The position numbers and the translations under genes were made by a program. Under the pieces are notes generated by a model, which saw nothing but the letters and a program-made list of their open reading frames with translations, did no database searches and was not told the DNA's origin. A stretch of 64,000 nt of DNA from Octopus vulgaris (lineage: Eukaryota), in contig OX597816.1 of assembly GCA_951406725.2 (NCBI GenBank), positions 179,180,001 to 179,244,000 on the forward strand. The letters are read 5' to 3'. Shown here one piece after another: positions 39,551 to 52,468 of this stretch. Positions within the stretch are counted from its first letter, which is position 1; every line of letters starts with the position of its first letter.

Positions 39551-40218
39551 TATATACAAATAATAGATGCAAAAAAGAAACAAATACACAATACAGTTAA
39601 AAAGTACCGGATATAGCCATTAACAGACATGTGTGGGTTGTATGGCACCCATACACTTACTCATACAAACATCTACGAAGATATAAGCATACACACAAGT
39701 GTGGTTTGGTGCACATGCATTCACATGGGGAATTAAATAGCTACTTGGTGTTTATAAGAATGAGGAGGTTAGAGCTAAATTTAATTCATCCATACCTTAA
39801 GGTGAAGTATGATTATTAATTAGATTAATGGTTATTATTAATTAGATTAACAGTTACTCAAATTCATTCCCACTGCATTGTGTGAAAGTGCATTTATATG
39901 CATGTAGAGTCTTTCGGAAATTCTATTAACCATCTTCTCATAGGTCCACAGAATAGACAGGGATTCCTCGGAGCAGAGTTGTCATCTCCTGGAAATATAT
40001 GGTTTTGTGTGCCTTACTATAAATCAAGTTATATTATCCTTAATTTTATCTTCCTTAACTCACCACACAAAAATTGGCCAAAGATGTTGAATGTCTCTTG
40101 TTAATTTTCTTGAAGCTGGTGACATGGTTGTAATAATGATTTTTGAATGAATCAGCCATTGCTCCAAAGTAAACTTACGGTCCCCTCCCCCTCTGTGTAT
40201 GGGACATTTATATACAAG

Positions 40219-40449
40219 GCGGCGAGCTGGCAGACACGTTAGCACGCCGGGCAGAATGCTTAGCGGTATTTCGTCTGTCGTTACGTTCTGAGTTCAAATT
40301 CCACCGAGGTCGACTTCGCCTTTCATCCTTTCGGGGTTGATAAATAAAAGTACCAGTTTCGCACTGGGGTTGATGTAATCGACTTAATCCCTTTGTCTGT
40401 CCTTGTTTGTCCTCTCTATGTTTAGCCCCTTGTGGGCAATAAAGAAATA
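40219..40449 (+). mobile_element. SINE family B, young, inserted in the PLE GIY-YIG motif
   Basis: 10-bp TSD TATATACAAG at 40209-40218 and 40450-40459, and B-box GAGTTCAAATTCC. Confidence 0.9.
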
Positions 40450-40679
40450 TATATACAAGATTCATACTCTTAAAGAGGGTCATCAATGGGAATCTTGATT
40501 TTTCTCTGCATGAACATTTATTATATTTATTTGTATATTTGGCAGTTCTGACTTCATTTTCCAACATTGTTACCATGTTATATCAATGTTATTGCTGCTA
40601 TCGTGATGTGGCTGTATCGGGTGATTTTCATTGCAGTTTACATTTTCTTGATATTTTGATGTATATGCTTGCTAGTACT

Positions 40680-41065
40680 TGTCAGGTCTCCGTTTGGAGC
40701 TACTGGTAACATGTAACCCAGTACAACCTGTTACATGGTCGGGTCATTGGCTACTAAACTGGCAACCCCACCAAGATTTCTTGGTGAGGAGGGTGATTTG
40801 GACACCCAGCAGGACTAAAAACAAAACCTGTCAAAGGGCAGAGGAACTCTCTCATGAGTCAATGGCCATCCAAAAACCTACATAAATCCGGAGTGGAGCC
40901 CCTAAGGCAGTTGGATTGCGCCATGCATGCCACCTTCCGGCAGCTCCTGCATTCTGGTCTACCCCTAGCCATCTTGACTGGATCCGGCGCACCAGGACGA
41001 GAGAGTGTGGCTGATCCTGCGCAAGTCACCCTCACTATAATCCAAGTCACGCGCATGTCATGACA
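40680..41065 (+). mobile_element. GC-rich insertion resembling an RTE/BovB-type 5' UTR
   Basis: GC-rich block interrupting the PLE. The family assignment is from recalled resemblance only. Confidence 0.35.
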
Positions 41066-41744
41066 TCATGACACCAACATCACTATTATTAATGCTGTGC
41101 ATCTGCTGCTCTAAATTAATAGTTAGCATGTGATACCTTCACAGTGTGTCTATTAAAAATAACACGGAATCTATTTGATTTTGGGAAACATTTGCAGCAA
41201 AGAATTCCATAGTGATCTTCATTGAAACATGTGACCTGCAGATTGGGTTGTACCCGAGGACATCTTGATTCTTATATTTGTTGTTTGGTTTATTTGTTCT
41301 GGTGTGTTGTACAGGGTTGGGATAATTGTGTTATAAACTGTAGAATTATAGTGTTGGTGTGTGTCTATGAATTTTGGTTTGTAGTTTATTGCCTTGACCA
41401 ATTCTTCCTGGCCTGTATTCTCAATCAGTTCACATACTGTAACATTGTGTTGGTGTGCAATGTGAATTATTATTGAAGGAATTGGCACAGTTATATCTAT
41501 ACATGTGTCTTGTATGTACTGAATTTTCTCTCAATATCCAGCCCTAGCTGAAACAGTATTGTAATATGGTGTGTGTGATTCAAACATTTTTTTATTAGCA
41601 GATAACACAGATATTTTTATTGAAATATTCTTAACTAATCGCCATATTATTGAGGGTGGATGGTTGGATGCTACATTTATATACTTAATATTACCATAAA
41701 CGAAATGATAATATTAATTATATAAAACCAGTGCAAGAAGTCCA

Positions 41745-41787
<43 letters not shown>

Positions 41788-42485
41788 TGTGCGTGTGCAT
41801 GTGTGTGTGTGTTTTGTTGCATTTGGGATTTATGAAAGTCATTCACTGAAAATGATGTCTTTGCTGCTTCTATTAATAGATCCCCTACATGTGTTAAGCC
41901 TACCTTCAGGGACCTCTCATTTGAAAAGCAGGTAAGGATTAATGACACAATGGGCACCCAGCAGTAAAAAAAATATGCCTCAATAATATAATGCACAAAA
42001 AAACCCAAAAAACAAATGAACGAAGAAATGTATGTAAAATAATGTTTGTTTTTATGTCTAGTTTTATATGAAAACAGTGAAACTGTTTGTGAAGGATGAA
42101 TATTCTGGACGTTTTAGTTTTGGCAATATTCTATGTTAATTAGATGTAGACAAACAGATAGATGGATGGATGGATTGATAGCTGCATGGATAAATAGATG
42201 GATGAATACATAGACAGAGTGAGAGAGGATGTGAGCAATGGTGAGGAAGAGAAAATTTGAGGAATGGACAAAATGTAAATGTGTAATTAACAATTTCATG
42301 TGATTAGTGAAACCAAAGACACATGATGTTAGAAATGTCAGCAGAGAATTTTATGAAGTATTAAAGAGATCACAGCTACTTACATTCATAAAATATTCAT
42401 TCTGACCCCACACAAAGCCTATATTGCAACGTGCAGGGAATTCATTTGAACTACTCATAGTGTGTGTGTGTGTGTGTGTGTGTGT

Positions 42486-42750
42486 ATGGCTGTGTGGTAA
42501 GAAGTTTGCTTTCCAACCGCATGGTTCTAGGTTCAGTCTCACCTTGAGCAAGTGCCTTCAACTATGGCCTCAGACCAACCAAAGACTTGTGAATGGATTT
42601 GGTAGATGGAAACTGAAAGAAGCTTATTGTGTGTGTGTGTGAGGATGTCCCCCATTATCACTTGACAGTTGGTGTTGGTGTTTACATCGCCATAACTAAG
42701 CAGTTCAGCAAAAGAAACTGATAGAATAAATACCAGTCCTAAAAAAAAAG
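42486..42750 (+). mobile_element. SINE family A, diverged and truncated
   Basis: Homology to family A. Confidence 0.8.
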
Positions 42751-42964
42751 TCCCTCAAGGGCATGTCCTGATATATCTTTGCCACCTTTCTCTGGCTTTT
42801 GCTCTCCTTATCTTACTCATTTACTCACCAATCCTCTTTATCCTACTCTCTAATCCACCCTCCTTTTTTTCCAACTGGGGTAACCTCTATACTTCTAATT
42901 TCTCATCAACTGGCACAAAGCTACCATCACCCTCATAACTAACCCCACCCCCATCCTCACCCAC

Positions 42965-43210
42965 CTGAAGGGGTTTTTCTCTTGCAAGTTACTTGGTGAC
43001 CATGTTGGTGCTGGTGCCAAGTAGAAAGTACCCAGTACACACCACAAAGCGGATGGCATTAGGAAGGGCATCCAGCTGTAGAAACCATGCCAGAAAAGAC
43101 AACTGGAGCCTGGTGCAGTCCCTGGCCTTACCAGCTCCAGTCAAACCATCCAACTCATGTCAGGATGGAAAACAGGTGTTAAATGATGACGACGACGATG
43201 GTGATGATGG
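42965..43210 (+). mobile_element. RTE LINE 3' tail, diverged
   Basis: aggaagggcatccagctgtagaaa motif and (GAT/GAC)n end. Confidence 0.75.
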
Positions 43211-43782
43211 TAACTTCCTGATTTATTAAAATTATCTCCTTCTCTGAAGGATATCAGTTCTTTAAAACGATGCTCTTGTATAGCAAGAAGAGCTTGTGTC
43301 TTGTTCAGAGCCAAATATTTCCATTAACCCTGAGGTGGTGTTATATGATGTTGTCACTTTTAATCCCCTTCAACTTGATATATATAGCAATTACAAAACA
43401 ATGAAACATCGTATAACATTAATTGGCAGTTGAAGTGAGAATTCTTTTGAAGTCAAAAAGAAAGACTTTTGGTAATTGCCCTCAAGTGATGTTATTTCCC
43501 ACTTTAAACTTGAACTCAGGAAGGATATTTAGTGGGGGAACGAAAAAAAAAGAGAAAAGACGAGTTATTCCCCATGGATTGGTGTTGCATGTCAAACTGT
43601 AAAAATGCGAAATGAAAAATGTTAAGAGTAGTAAATCATTTTACTCTAGGTACAAGGCCTGGAAATGTTTCTTTTTACTGTGGATGCTGAAAGCAATTGA
43701 AATACAAAAGACTCTATATTCGTCTGTAATCAGTTAATTTCAAATACAAGTATTTCTTTAGAGTCAGAATATTTTATTTGGC

Positions 43783-43955
43783 CAGGGGTCTCCAAAGTAG
43801 TCAATGCTGACCCCTGGGGGTCGATGGGACTATTCAAGGGATCAATAAATGCCTAGAAGCTGCACATCTACATTATTATTACCATTTATCTATTTTCTTG
43901 TACATGCCTGGGGGTCAATGAGGGGTCAATGGTCTAAAAAGTTTGAGGACCCTTG
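43783..43955. mobile_element. hAT-like MITE
   Basis: Imperfect TIRs CAGGGGTCTCCAAA and TTTGAGGACCCTTG, with internal ggggtc.at repeats. No clean TSD. Confidence 0.6.
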
Positions 43956-44347
43956 TTTCGTCGATTATATCAACTCCAGTGCTCAACTGGTACCAACCTT
44001 GGTAGAATTTGAACACAAGGATATATCTGTATCCTTGTGCTAGAGGGATTGTCATCACATATATTAGTTAACCCATAGCAAGGTCACCGACAGATACTAC
44101 TATTCTAGGTCAAAGTAGACCTGGGAATAACATAGGTTCAGAGATGGCTCCACACTCCTCAAAAATCTGAAACTCTTGAACCAGAACCCCATTACTGGAT
44201 GAGGTTTAAAGCCATTTATACAAAATGTATGCCTATATATATGTGCATATATATATATATATATTTTAATAATTACTGGTATCTTTATATATTTTATATG
44301 TAAAGCATATTATGTTATACATATATGTATATATTTATATAGATATT

Positions 44348-44384
<37 letters not shown>

Positions 44385-44408
44385 TTTTATGTATGTATAT
44401 ATATATAC

Positions 44409-47400
44409 ATTAGTGCTTCATCATGGGTTAGCAACCATTATCTCGGCCTATGCCCCTCGGCGGGGGCTACCCGATGGACAGAAGAAAAACCGATTTTATG
44501 ACACCCTCTTGCGGACTACCTCGTTGACGAATGACAGGGACCTTCTCTTTGTGGCTGGTGACTTCAATGGACATGTTGGATAACATATAGGGGGGCTTCC
44601 ATGGTGTACATGGAGGCTACGGTTTTGGTTCTCACAATGAAAAGGGAACCAGGCTGCTGGAGTTCTGCGATGCAAATGATCTTATGGTTTGCAATACTAA
44701 CTTCAGGAAACCTGCCAGTCACCTACCGTTCTGGCAGACACATTAGCCAAATTGACTACATCCTTGCCAGAAAAAGGGAAAGATGCCAAAACCTTTCCAG
44801 GTGAAGAATGTACCCCACAACATAGACTGGTAGTTAGCAACTTCAGGATCAGGGCTAAATGGATGTCCAGAAGATGACCAACATGGAGGAGAAGGGTTTG
44901 GAAGCTTAAAGATCCTGCAAATGGACAGAGATTTAGAGACATATTACTCGAAGCCTTTAATGAAATAGAATGGGATATAGCTTCACACAATGTAGAAGAC
45001 AACTGAAAGTTTCTACAGGACAACCTGCTGAGGGCTATTGACCAGATCTGTGGATGGTGCAAAGTCCCCTCTCAACTCAAAATAAAGTGGTGGTGGAACA
45101 ATGTTGTTGACAGGGCTATTAGAAAAAAGAAACAGGCTTGGTAGGACTGGAAGAATGGTGGTAGCAGGGAATTGTATCAGACTGTCAGAAGGGAAGCTAG
45201 GAGACAGGTTTATTTAGCCAGAGGAGAAGCAGATAAGAAAAAATTTGCCAACATGAGGGTCAAACACTTGAGGTATTTCGTGCTGTGAGACAGAGTGTGA
45301 GAGAGAATTGTGATGTCATAGGAGAGATGTGTCCGCATGGATGATGGTTCACTTGCACTAAATGAGGCTGCAAAGAGAGAGGTTTGGAGATGCCACTATG
45401 AAAGGTTGCTCAATAAAGAAAATGGGAGGAAGAGAGTCTGCCGAATGTTGACCCAACAGAGTCGACCAGTTATCCGAATTGACAGTACCTTGGTAGATAA
45501 AGCAATTAAGAGTATGAAGACAAGGAAAGCCCCCAGCCCATCAGGAATCACTGCAGAGATGCTCAAAATATCCAGTGGTGGTGGCTATAGCCTAGTCACC
45601 TGTATAGTTATACAGGTGATACACAAAGGAGTCATACCCAATGACTGGTGTACACGGTCAATTGCTACAAAGGTAAAGGTGACACTTTAGATACAAATAA
45701 TTACAGAGGTATCAAGTTTTTGGATCAGGTAATGAAGGTCATGGAGTGGGTCATAGCCCAACTAATTAGGGCGAGAGTCAGTCTAGATGAGATGCAGTTT
45801 GGGTTCATGCCATGGAAAAGCACCACTGATGCTATATTTCTGGTAAGACTGCTGCAGGAGAAGTACCTAGCCAAAGATAAGCCCCTGTACCTGGCTTTCG
45901 TTGACATGGAGAAAGCCTTTGACAGGGTCCCCCAATCCCTTATCTGGTGGTCAATAAGGAAACTAGGGATAGATGAATGGTTAGTGAGAGCTGTGCAAGC
46001 CATGTACAGGGACGCTGTCAGTAAGAAGAAGGTTGGCAATGAGTACAGTGAAGAATTCTGGATAGAGGTAGGGGTCCACCAAGCTTCAGTCCTCAGCTCC
46101 CTCCTATTTATCATAGTCCTCCAGGCAATAACGGAGGAATTCAAGACAGGATGCCCCTTGGAGCTCCTCTATGCTGATGATCTTGCTCTAATTGCTGAGT
46201 CACTATCAGAACTAGAGGAGAAGTTTCAAGCGTGGAAACAAGGATTAGAATCAAAGGGCCTTAGAATCAACCTAGCGAAAACCAAAGTCCTAATGAGTAG
46301 GAAAGCAGACAAACCACAAATCCCTTCAGGTAGATGGCCCCGCTCGATCTGTAGAAAAGGCATAGGTAGAAACTCTGTAATATGTACCCAGTGTAAGCAA
46401 TGGACACATAAGAGGTGCAACAATATCAATGGAAGGCTAACTGGGAGGATAGTTTTTGTAAGTGGCAGATGCTCAGGAACAATAAACACTGAAAATGTGC
46501 AGAGAACAACTTCCGCCACATTCCAGGGAGAAAAACTACAAGTAGTTGATAGCTTCCGTTACCTAGGTGACCAAGTCAGTAGCGGGGGCGGGTGCACTGA
46601 AAGTGTAGCTGCTTGAATACGAATAGCCTGGGCAAAGTTCAGAGAGAACTTACCTCTGCTGGTGACAAAGGGTCTCTCGCTCAGAGTAAAAGGCAGACTG
46701 TATGATGCATGTGTCCGAACAGCCATGCTACATGGCAGTGAAACATGGGCCGTGACAACTGAGGACATGCGTAAGCCCACAAGGAATGAAGCCAGTATGA
46801 TCCGCTGGATGTGTAATGTCAGTGTGCATACTCAACAAAGTGTAAGTACCTTGAGAGAAACGTTGGATTTAAAAAGCATCAGATGTGGTGTGCAAGAGAG
46901 ACGACTGTGCTGGTAAGGTCATGTGGTGAGAATGGATGAGGATAGCTGTGTGAAAAAGTGTCACACCCTAGCGGTTGAGGGAACCTGTGGAAGAGGTAGA
47001 CCCAGGAAAACCTGGGATGAAGTGGTGAAGCACGACCTTCAAACATTGGGCCTTACTGAAGCAATGACTAGTGACCGAGACCTTTGGAAATATGCTGTGC
47101 TTGAGAAGACCCGACAAGCCAAGTGAGACTATAACCCGTGGCCTATGCAGGGGTGTAACCAGCCCACTTATGCATATCTTTCCTTCATTGGACACTAATC
47201 TCTGCTTGCAAGGACCTGTTGAGTCAAGTGAAATTGAAATCCAATCAAATTCGATGACTGGCACCTGTGCCAGTGGAGCGCTAAGAGCACCATCCGAGTG
47301 TGATTGTTGCCAGAGCAGTTGACTGGCTTCTATGCTGGTGGCACGTAAAAATGCCGGTGGCACATGAAAAAACATTTGAGTGAGGTCGTTACCAGTGCCG

Positions 47401-47657
47401 CTGGACTGGCTCCTGTGCAGGTGGAAAGTAAAAAACACCATTTCAGTGTGGCCATTGCCAGTACCGCCTGACTGGCTGGTGGTACATAAAAGGGCTGACT
47501 ACACTCTTGGAGTGGTTGGCGTTAGGAAGGACATCCAGCTGTAGAAACTCTGCCAGATCAGATTGGAGCCTGATGCAGCCATCTAGTTCACCAGTCCTCA
47601 GTCAAATCCTCCAACCCATGCTAGCATGAAAAGTGGATGTTAAACGATGATGATGAT
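44409..47657 (+). mobile_element. RTE LINE, near full-length pseudogenised ORF (APE endonuclease + RT + PHD-like finger) and 3' UTR
   Basis: IISAYAP, VAGDFNGHVG and SQIDYIL (APE) motifs, and RT motifs in ORF 45648-46616. Multiple stops and frameshifts, (GAT)n tail, (TA)n at both flanks. Confidence 0.95.
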
Positions 47658-47825
47658 ATATAGATAGATAAAACTTGCTTGGAAGAGAATGATTGGCATT
47701 TAATCATACAATAATATAAATAATATATATATATATATATATATGCATGTATATATGTATATTATAATTTTTTTTGTAATGAGACAAAAACAAGGCTGTG
47801 TAGATTTTAGAACATTTATAGATAA

Positions 47826-47873
47826 GTCTTACAGCTGTTTCGAGAATATTTATTATATCCCTTCATCGGAGAC
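47826..47873 (-). ncRNA. Minimal type-I hammerhead ribozyme motif (core variant CCGATGA)
   Basis: GTCT-CCGATGA-stem II-GAAAC-AGCT-GTA-AGAC, with palindromic stem III ACAGCTGT. Confidence 0.65.
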
Positions 47874-48547
47874 GGTGTGAGAGGAGGATTAACTAATAGC
47901 TAATTCAGATAGGATACAAAATAGAGAGTGAGGTGGAGGAAAGAAAATGGATGTGAGATATGTAGGGATATTGCATTTGCAGATCCATTTTTAGGCAGAA
48001 TGGTATACATGTAAGATTCCAATACCTTATGAGTAAAATCCAATAGTATTTAAAATTCCAAGTATATAATTTAAAATTCCAAGTTTATACACAGTGTTAT
48101 TTAATCAAGGGTTTTATTTAAAGTGACCTAAAAATAGGGAGTGTATTAGTAGGGTCAAATCGAAAACAGGAAGAGAGGAATAAAGAAAGAGAAAAAGAAG
48201 AGAAAAAAGAGAGAAGGAGAAAAAAGTAAGAAGAAAAGTAATAAAAAATAAAAAAACCTGAAGAGAGGAATAAAGGAAAGAAAGAAAAAAAGAAAAACAA
48301 AGATATAGGTAAGGGAAAGAGTACTAGTTAGTGGTCAGTGGAGATAATTTGAAAGTAGGAGTGGGGAGATAAAGGGTGATAGTGAGAGAAAGGTATTAGA
48401 GTGTAAAAATATTGAAGGAATGGCCCCTCCCCCCCCCCCGGTAATAAAAGGTAAAGGAGTGACAAATGTGTAGTGGTAGGGTCTAAGTGTAGGGGCATGC
48501 ATATATACATAGGTATATGTACATACTTACATCTATACGTGTGTGTG

Positions 48548-48580
<33 letters not shown>

Positions 48581-48762
48581 ATATATACATCATCATCATC
48601 ATCATCATCATCGTTTAACGTCCGTTTTCCGCGCTAGCACGGGTTGGACGGTTCGACCGGGGTCTGGGAAGCCAGGGGCTGCTCCAGGCTCCAGTCTGAT
48701 CTGGCAGTGTTTCTACAGCTGGATGCCCTTCCTAACGCCAACCACTCCGCGAGTGTAGTGGG

Positions 48763-49050
48763 TGCTTTTTACGTGCCACCTGCACAGGTGCCAGAGGGGT
48801 CTGGCATCAGCCATGTTCGGATGGTGCTTTTTATGTGCCACCGGCACAGAAGCCAGTCGAGGCGGTGCTGACATCGGCCACGTTCGGATGGTGCTTTTTA
48901 TGTGCCACCGGCACAGAAGCCATTTGAGGCGGGGTTGGCATCGGTCACGTTCGGATGGTGCTTTTTATGTGCCACCGGCACAGAAGCCAGTCAAGGCGGC
49001 ACTGGCAACGGCCACGTTCGGATGGTGCTTTTTATGTGTCACCGGCACAG
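48763..49050. repeat. 67-bp tandem repeat in the RTE 3' UTR
   Basis: cggatggtgcttttta at 48818, 48885, 48952 and 49019 (period 67). Confidence 0.93.
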
Positions 49051-49122
49051 GTATCACAACTACTGTTTCCATTGATATTTGGTTCGATGTTCATGTACAT
49101 GCACTTGACTCAACAGGTCTCC

Positions 49123-50919
49123 TCAAGCACAGCGAGATGTTCCGGGATCCAAGGTACTTTGAATGGGCAGGGGGTATGCGGAACTGGTGCCGGAAGCATC
49201 CCGGGTTTTAGTAGTCACAGCACATCTCCAGAGATCTCGGTCCTTCGCCATTGCCTCAGTGAGGCCCAATGCTCTGAGGTCATGCTTGACTACCTCATCC
49301 CATGTCTTCCTGGGTCTACCTCTCCCCCTGATTCCTTCAACTGTTCGGGAGTGGCACTTCTTCACACATCTCTCCTCATCCATCCACAGTACATGACCAT
49401 ACCATCGCAAGCGTCGCTCTTGCACACCGCATCTGATGCTTCTTATGCCTAGCATTTCTCTCAGGGTGCTTACACTCTGTCGTGCATTCACACTGACATT
49501 ACACATCCAGCGGATCATGCTAGCTTCATTTCTTTCAAGTCTACGCATGTCCTCTGCAGTCACGGCCCATGTTTCACTGCCGTGAAGCATGGCAGTTTGC
49601 ACACATGCATCATACAATCTACCTTTCACTCTGAGTGAGAGACCCTTTGTCGCCAGTAGGAGTAGGAGCTTTCTAAACTTTGTCCAGGCTATTCGTGTTC
49701 TAGTGGTGACACTCTCTGAGCATCCACCCCCACTACTAACTTGGTCACCCAGGTAGCAGAAACTATCAACTACTTCTAGTTTCTCCACCTGGAGTGTGAT
49801 GGAATCTGTTTTCTGAGTGTCTGTGGTGTCTATTGTCCCTGTGCATCTGGCGCACATAAAAGCTATCTTATCAGTTAATTTCCCTTTGATGTTGCTGCAC
49901 CTCTTATGCGTCCATAGCTTACACTGGGTGCATCTTATGAAGTTTCTACCTACACCTTTCCTACAGCTCGAGCAGGGCCACCTGCCCGATGGGGTGTGTG
50001 CTGAGTTCGCCTTTCTGCATACTATAACTTTGGTCTTCGCTACATTTACTCTAAGGCCCTTTGATTCTAACTCTTGTTTCCACATCCGAAATTTCTTTTT
50101 TAGTTCCGGTAGTGATTCTGCTATGAGGGCCAGGTCATCAGCATAGAGGAGCTCCCAGGGGCAACCTGTTTTGAATTCCTCTGTTATTGCCTGGAGGACT
50201 ATGATGAATAAAAGGGGACTGAGGGCTGAGCCCTGGTGTACACCTACTTCTACCCGGAATTCTTCACTATATTCGTTGCCAATCCTAACCTTGCTGACAG
50301 CCTCTCTGTATAGAGCCTGTACAGCCCTTATTAGCCATTCGTCAATCAACAGTTTCTGCATCGATCACCAGATAAGGGATCGGGGAACCCTGTCAAAGGC
50401 TTTCTCCAAGTCCACAAAAGCTACGTAGAGGGGTTTATCTTTAGCTAGGTACTTCTCCTGCAGTTGTCGGACCAAGAATATAGCATCAGTGGTGCTTCTA
50501 CCCGGCACAAAACCGAACTGCATCTCATCTAAGCAAATTCTCTCCCTAATGAGATGGGTTATGACCCTCTCTGTGGCCTTCATCACCTGATCCAACAGTT
50601 TAATACCCCTGTAGTTATTTCTATCTAGAGCATCACCCTTACCCTTGTAGCAGTTGACTATGGTGCTGCTACGCCAGTCATTGGGTATGACTCCATTATG
50701 AACTACCTGGTTAACAATACGGGTGACTAGGCCATAGCCTACATAACCAGCTGTTTTAAGCATCTCAGCAGTGATACCTGATGGGCCGGGGGCTTTACCT
50801 GGTTTCATATCCTTAATTGCCTTAACTACAAGGGAGCTGTCTATTTGGATAGCTGGTCCCTCTACTGGGTCAACATTTGGCAGGCTCTCCTCCTCCCATT
50901 CATTCTCCACATTCTCCAA
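49123..50919 (-). pseudogene. RTE reverse transcriptase with embedded C4HC3 (PHD-like) finger
   Basis: YADD motif, then CSSC..CTQC...HKRC...CARC, then F.YLG and LRWYGHV. Confidence 0.9.
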
Positions 50920-51206
50920 GCCTCTTTCTTTTCACCAACATTAAAAGCAAGTGCCCCATCATCCATGCGGACACATTTCTCTCCTGTAACATCGCTATTT
51001 TCTCTCACACACTGTCTAGCAATACGAAATACCTCAGTTCTTTGGTCCTCACGTCGCTGGACATTGGCAAACTTCTTCTTTTCTGCTATATCTTTGGCTA
51101 TGTATACCTGCCGCCTGGCCTCCCTTTTGGCTACTTGGTACGGTTCCCTGCTACCCCCATCCCTCCAGGCTCTCCAGGCCTGTTTCTTTGAACTAATGGC
51201 TTTGTC

Positions 51207-51263
<57 letters not shown>

Positions 51264-51325
51264 TATATATATATATATATAATAGAAAGGTCGACAGAAA
51301 TCTCTAAAAAATTACATTATTGCCA

Positions 51326-51378
51326 TATCGGACCGATTTCAGGGTTAGTTCGTAAGAACCCTCCCTTCGTCAGTGATA
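51326..51378 (-). ncRNA. Minimal type-I hammerhead ribozyme motif
   Basis: TATCA-CTGACGA-AGGG..GTTC/GAAC..CCCT-GAAA-TCGG-TC-CGATA. Confidence 0.65.
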
Positions 51379-51797
51379 AATTTGGTTAAGAAATAAATGA
51401 GATACTTACTCATACCCATTGAAGAAGCAAACACTAAGTCATGAGCACAATTAAGTACCCCAAATACATCCAAAATAGAAATTCTCCAGCCCATTTGAGA
51501 CACGTGCGATTTAAACTGAGGCACGCACAGAATGGGAGAGTCCGGAAGTGAACACTATTAAATTTATATTTAGTGTAGGATAAAATTTTTTCAAAAAAAA
51601 TTTTATTAATGGCCAGCATATTAAAAAATACCTTTAAAGGTTAAATTTATAAACAACTTATAAATAAGGGCAAACGAAAATATTTCTAATGCCAAATATG
51701 CCGAAATAAGACACCCTGTTCATAACCATATAATTTTTCACAATACGCACGCTACTCAAAAAAAAAAGAAAGTTTTTCGTTTGCCCTTATTTATGAG

Positions 51798-51843
<46 letters not shown>

Positions 51844-52032
51844 TTTATATATATAATTAAAAGAGGCAGGCAACAGGTTGCTTAGCCACATACCGAAAAA
51901 ATTAGAAATAGCAGTCAATTTTCTACAATAGCAGTCTATTTTCTACAAATGAGACTCCACATACGACATATCCCTGTAATTCACATTTGCAAAACAGAAG
52001 GAAGAAATAATGAAAACAAACTCTAACGGTTA

Positions 52033-52099
52033 TTTACGAACACGTTTCTGGATTAGGAATATAAAAAAGTATAAATTCCATGTCTTTCATCAGCGTAAA
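52033..52099 (-). ncRNA. Minimal type-I hammerhead ribozyme motif
   Basis: TTTACG-CTGATGA-stem II (GGAAT/ATTCC)-GAAAC-GT-GTT-CGTAAA, with a 6-bp stem I. Confidence 0.65.
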
Positions 52100-52468
52100 C
52101 CTCCACTAAAATAGATTTATCAAATGCTACGTACCTCCACTTCCCGATCAGGCGTCATCGAAATAGTGGAAGAAAGCAAGCATAGGCCAAACCTATAAAG
52201 AGACGATTGAATCCATAAATCTTCCCTCATTTTACTATGTGTATTACAAAAATAGTTCCTTAAAGATAGAAACTATGGGTTGTCGTAAGGGAGTGAAAAT
52301 TCCAATTAGTAATATAATAAGAGTAAATAATAGTAAAAAAATATTTATATACTGAAAATATATATTGAACTTTTATAGAAGTTCCTACCGTTAATGGTTA
52401 TATTTACATACCGAAATCTTCCAGTAAAGTTATTGTTTACTCTTATTATATATATATATATACATTCA

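Larger units (their letters stand above)
39885..41695 (-). mobile_element. Decayed Penelope-like element (RT thumb, linker, Cys motif, GIY-YIG) with two insertions
   Basis: Minus-strand translation gives KYINVASNHPPSII..VKNISIKISVLSA...PYYN, FPK...IFNRHTVKVS, CSCREKSRFPL..NLVYKC, VYFG...SFK..YYNH..SF and LCSEESLSIL. These are colinear with the ORF at 60294-62068. Confidence 0.85.
48588..51209 (-). mobile_element. RTE LINE, 5'-truncated, younger copy
   Basis: ORFs 50365-50919 and 49123-50361 are one frame broken by a single stop. Full RT motifs, 67-bp tandem 3' UTR, (CAT)n tail and (TA)n flanks. Confidence 0.95.

Noticed and set aside
45725-46780. ORFs antisense to LINE/PLE RTs (also 49817-50428, 60311-60667, 11556-11843 and 32407-32868)
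   Set aside because: Shadow frames of the real retroelement ORFs.
48763-49050. CRISPR-like regularly spaced repeats
   Set aside because: The intervening parts are homologous to each other, the array lies in a LINE 3' UTR, there are no cas genes, and the context is eukaryotic.
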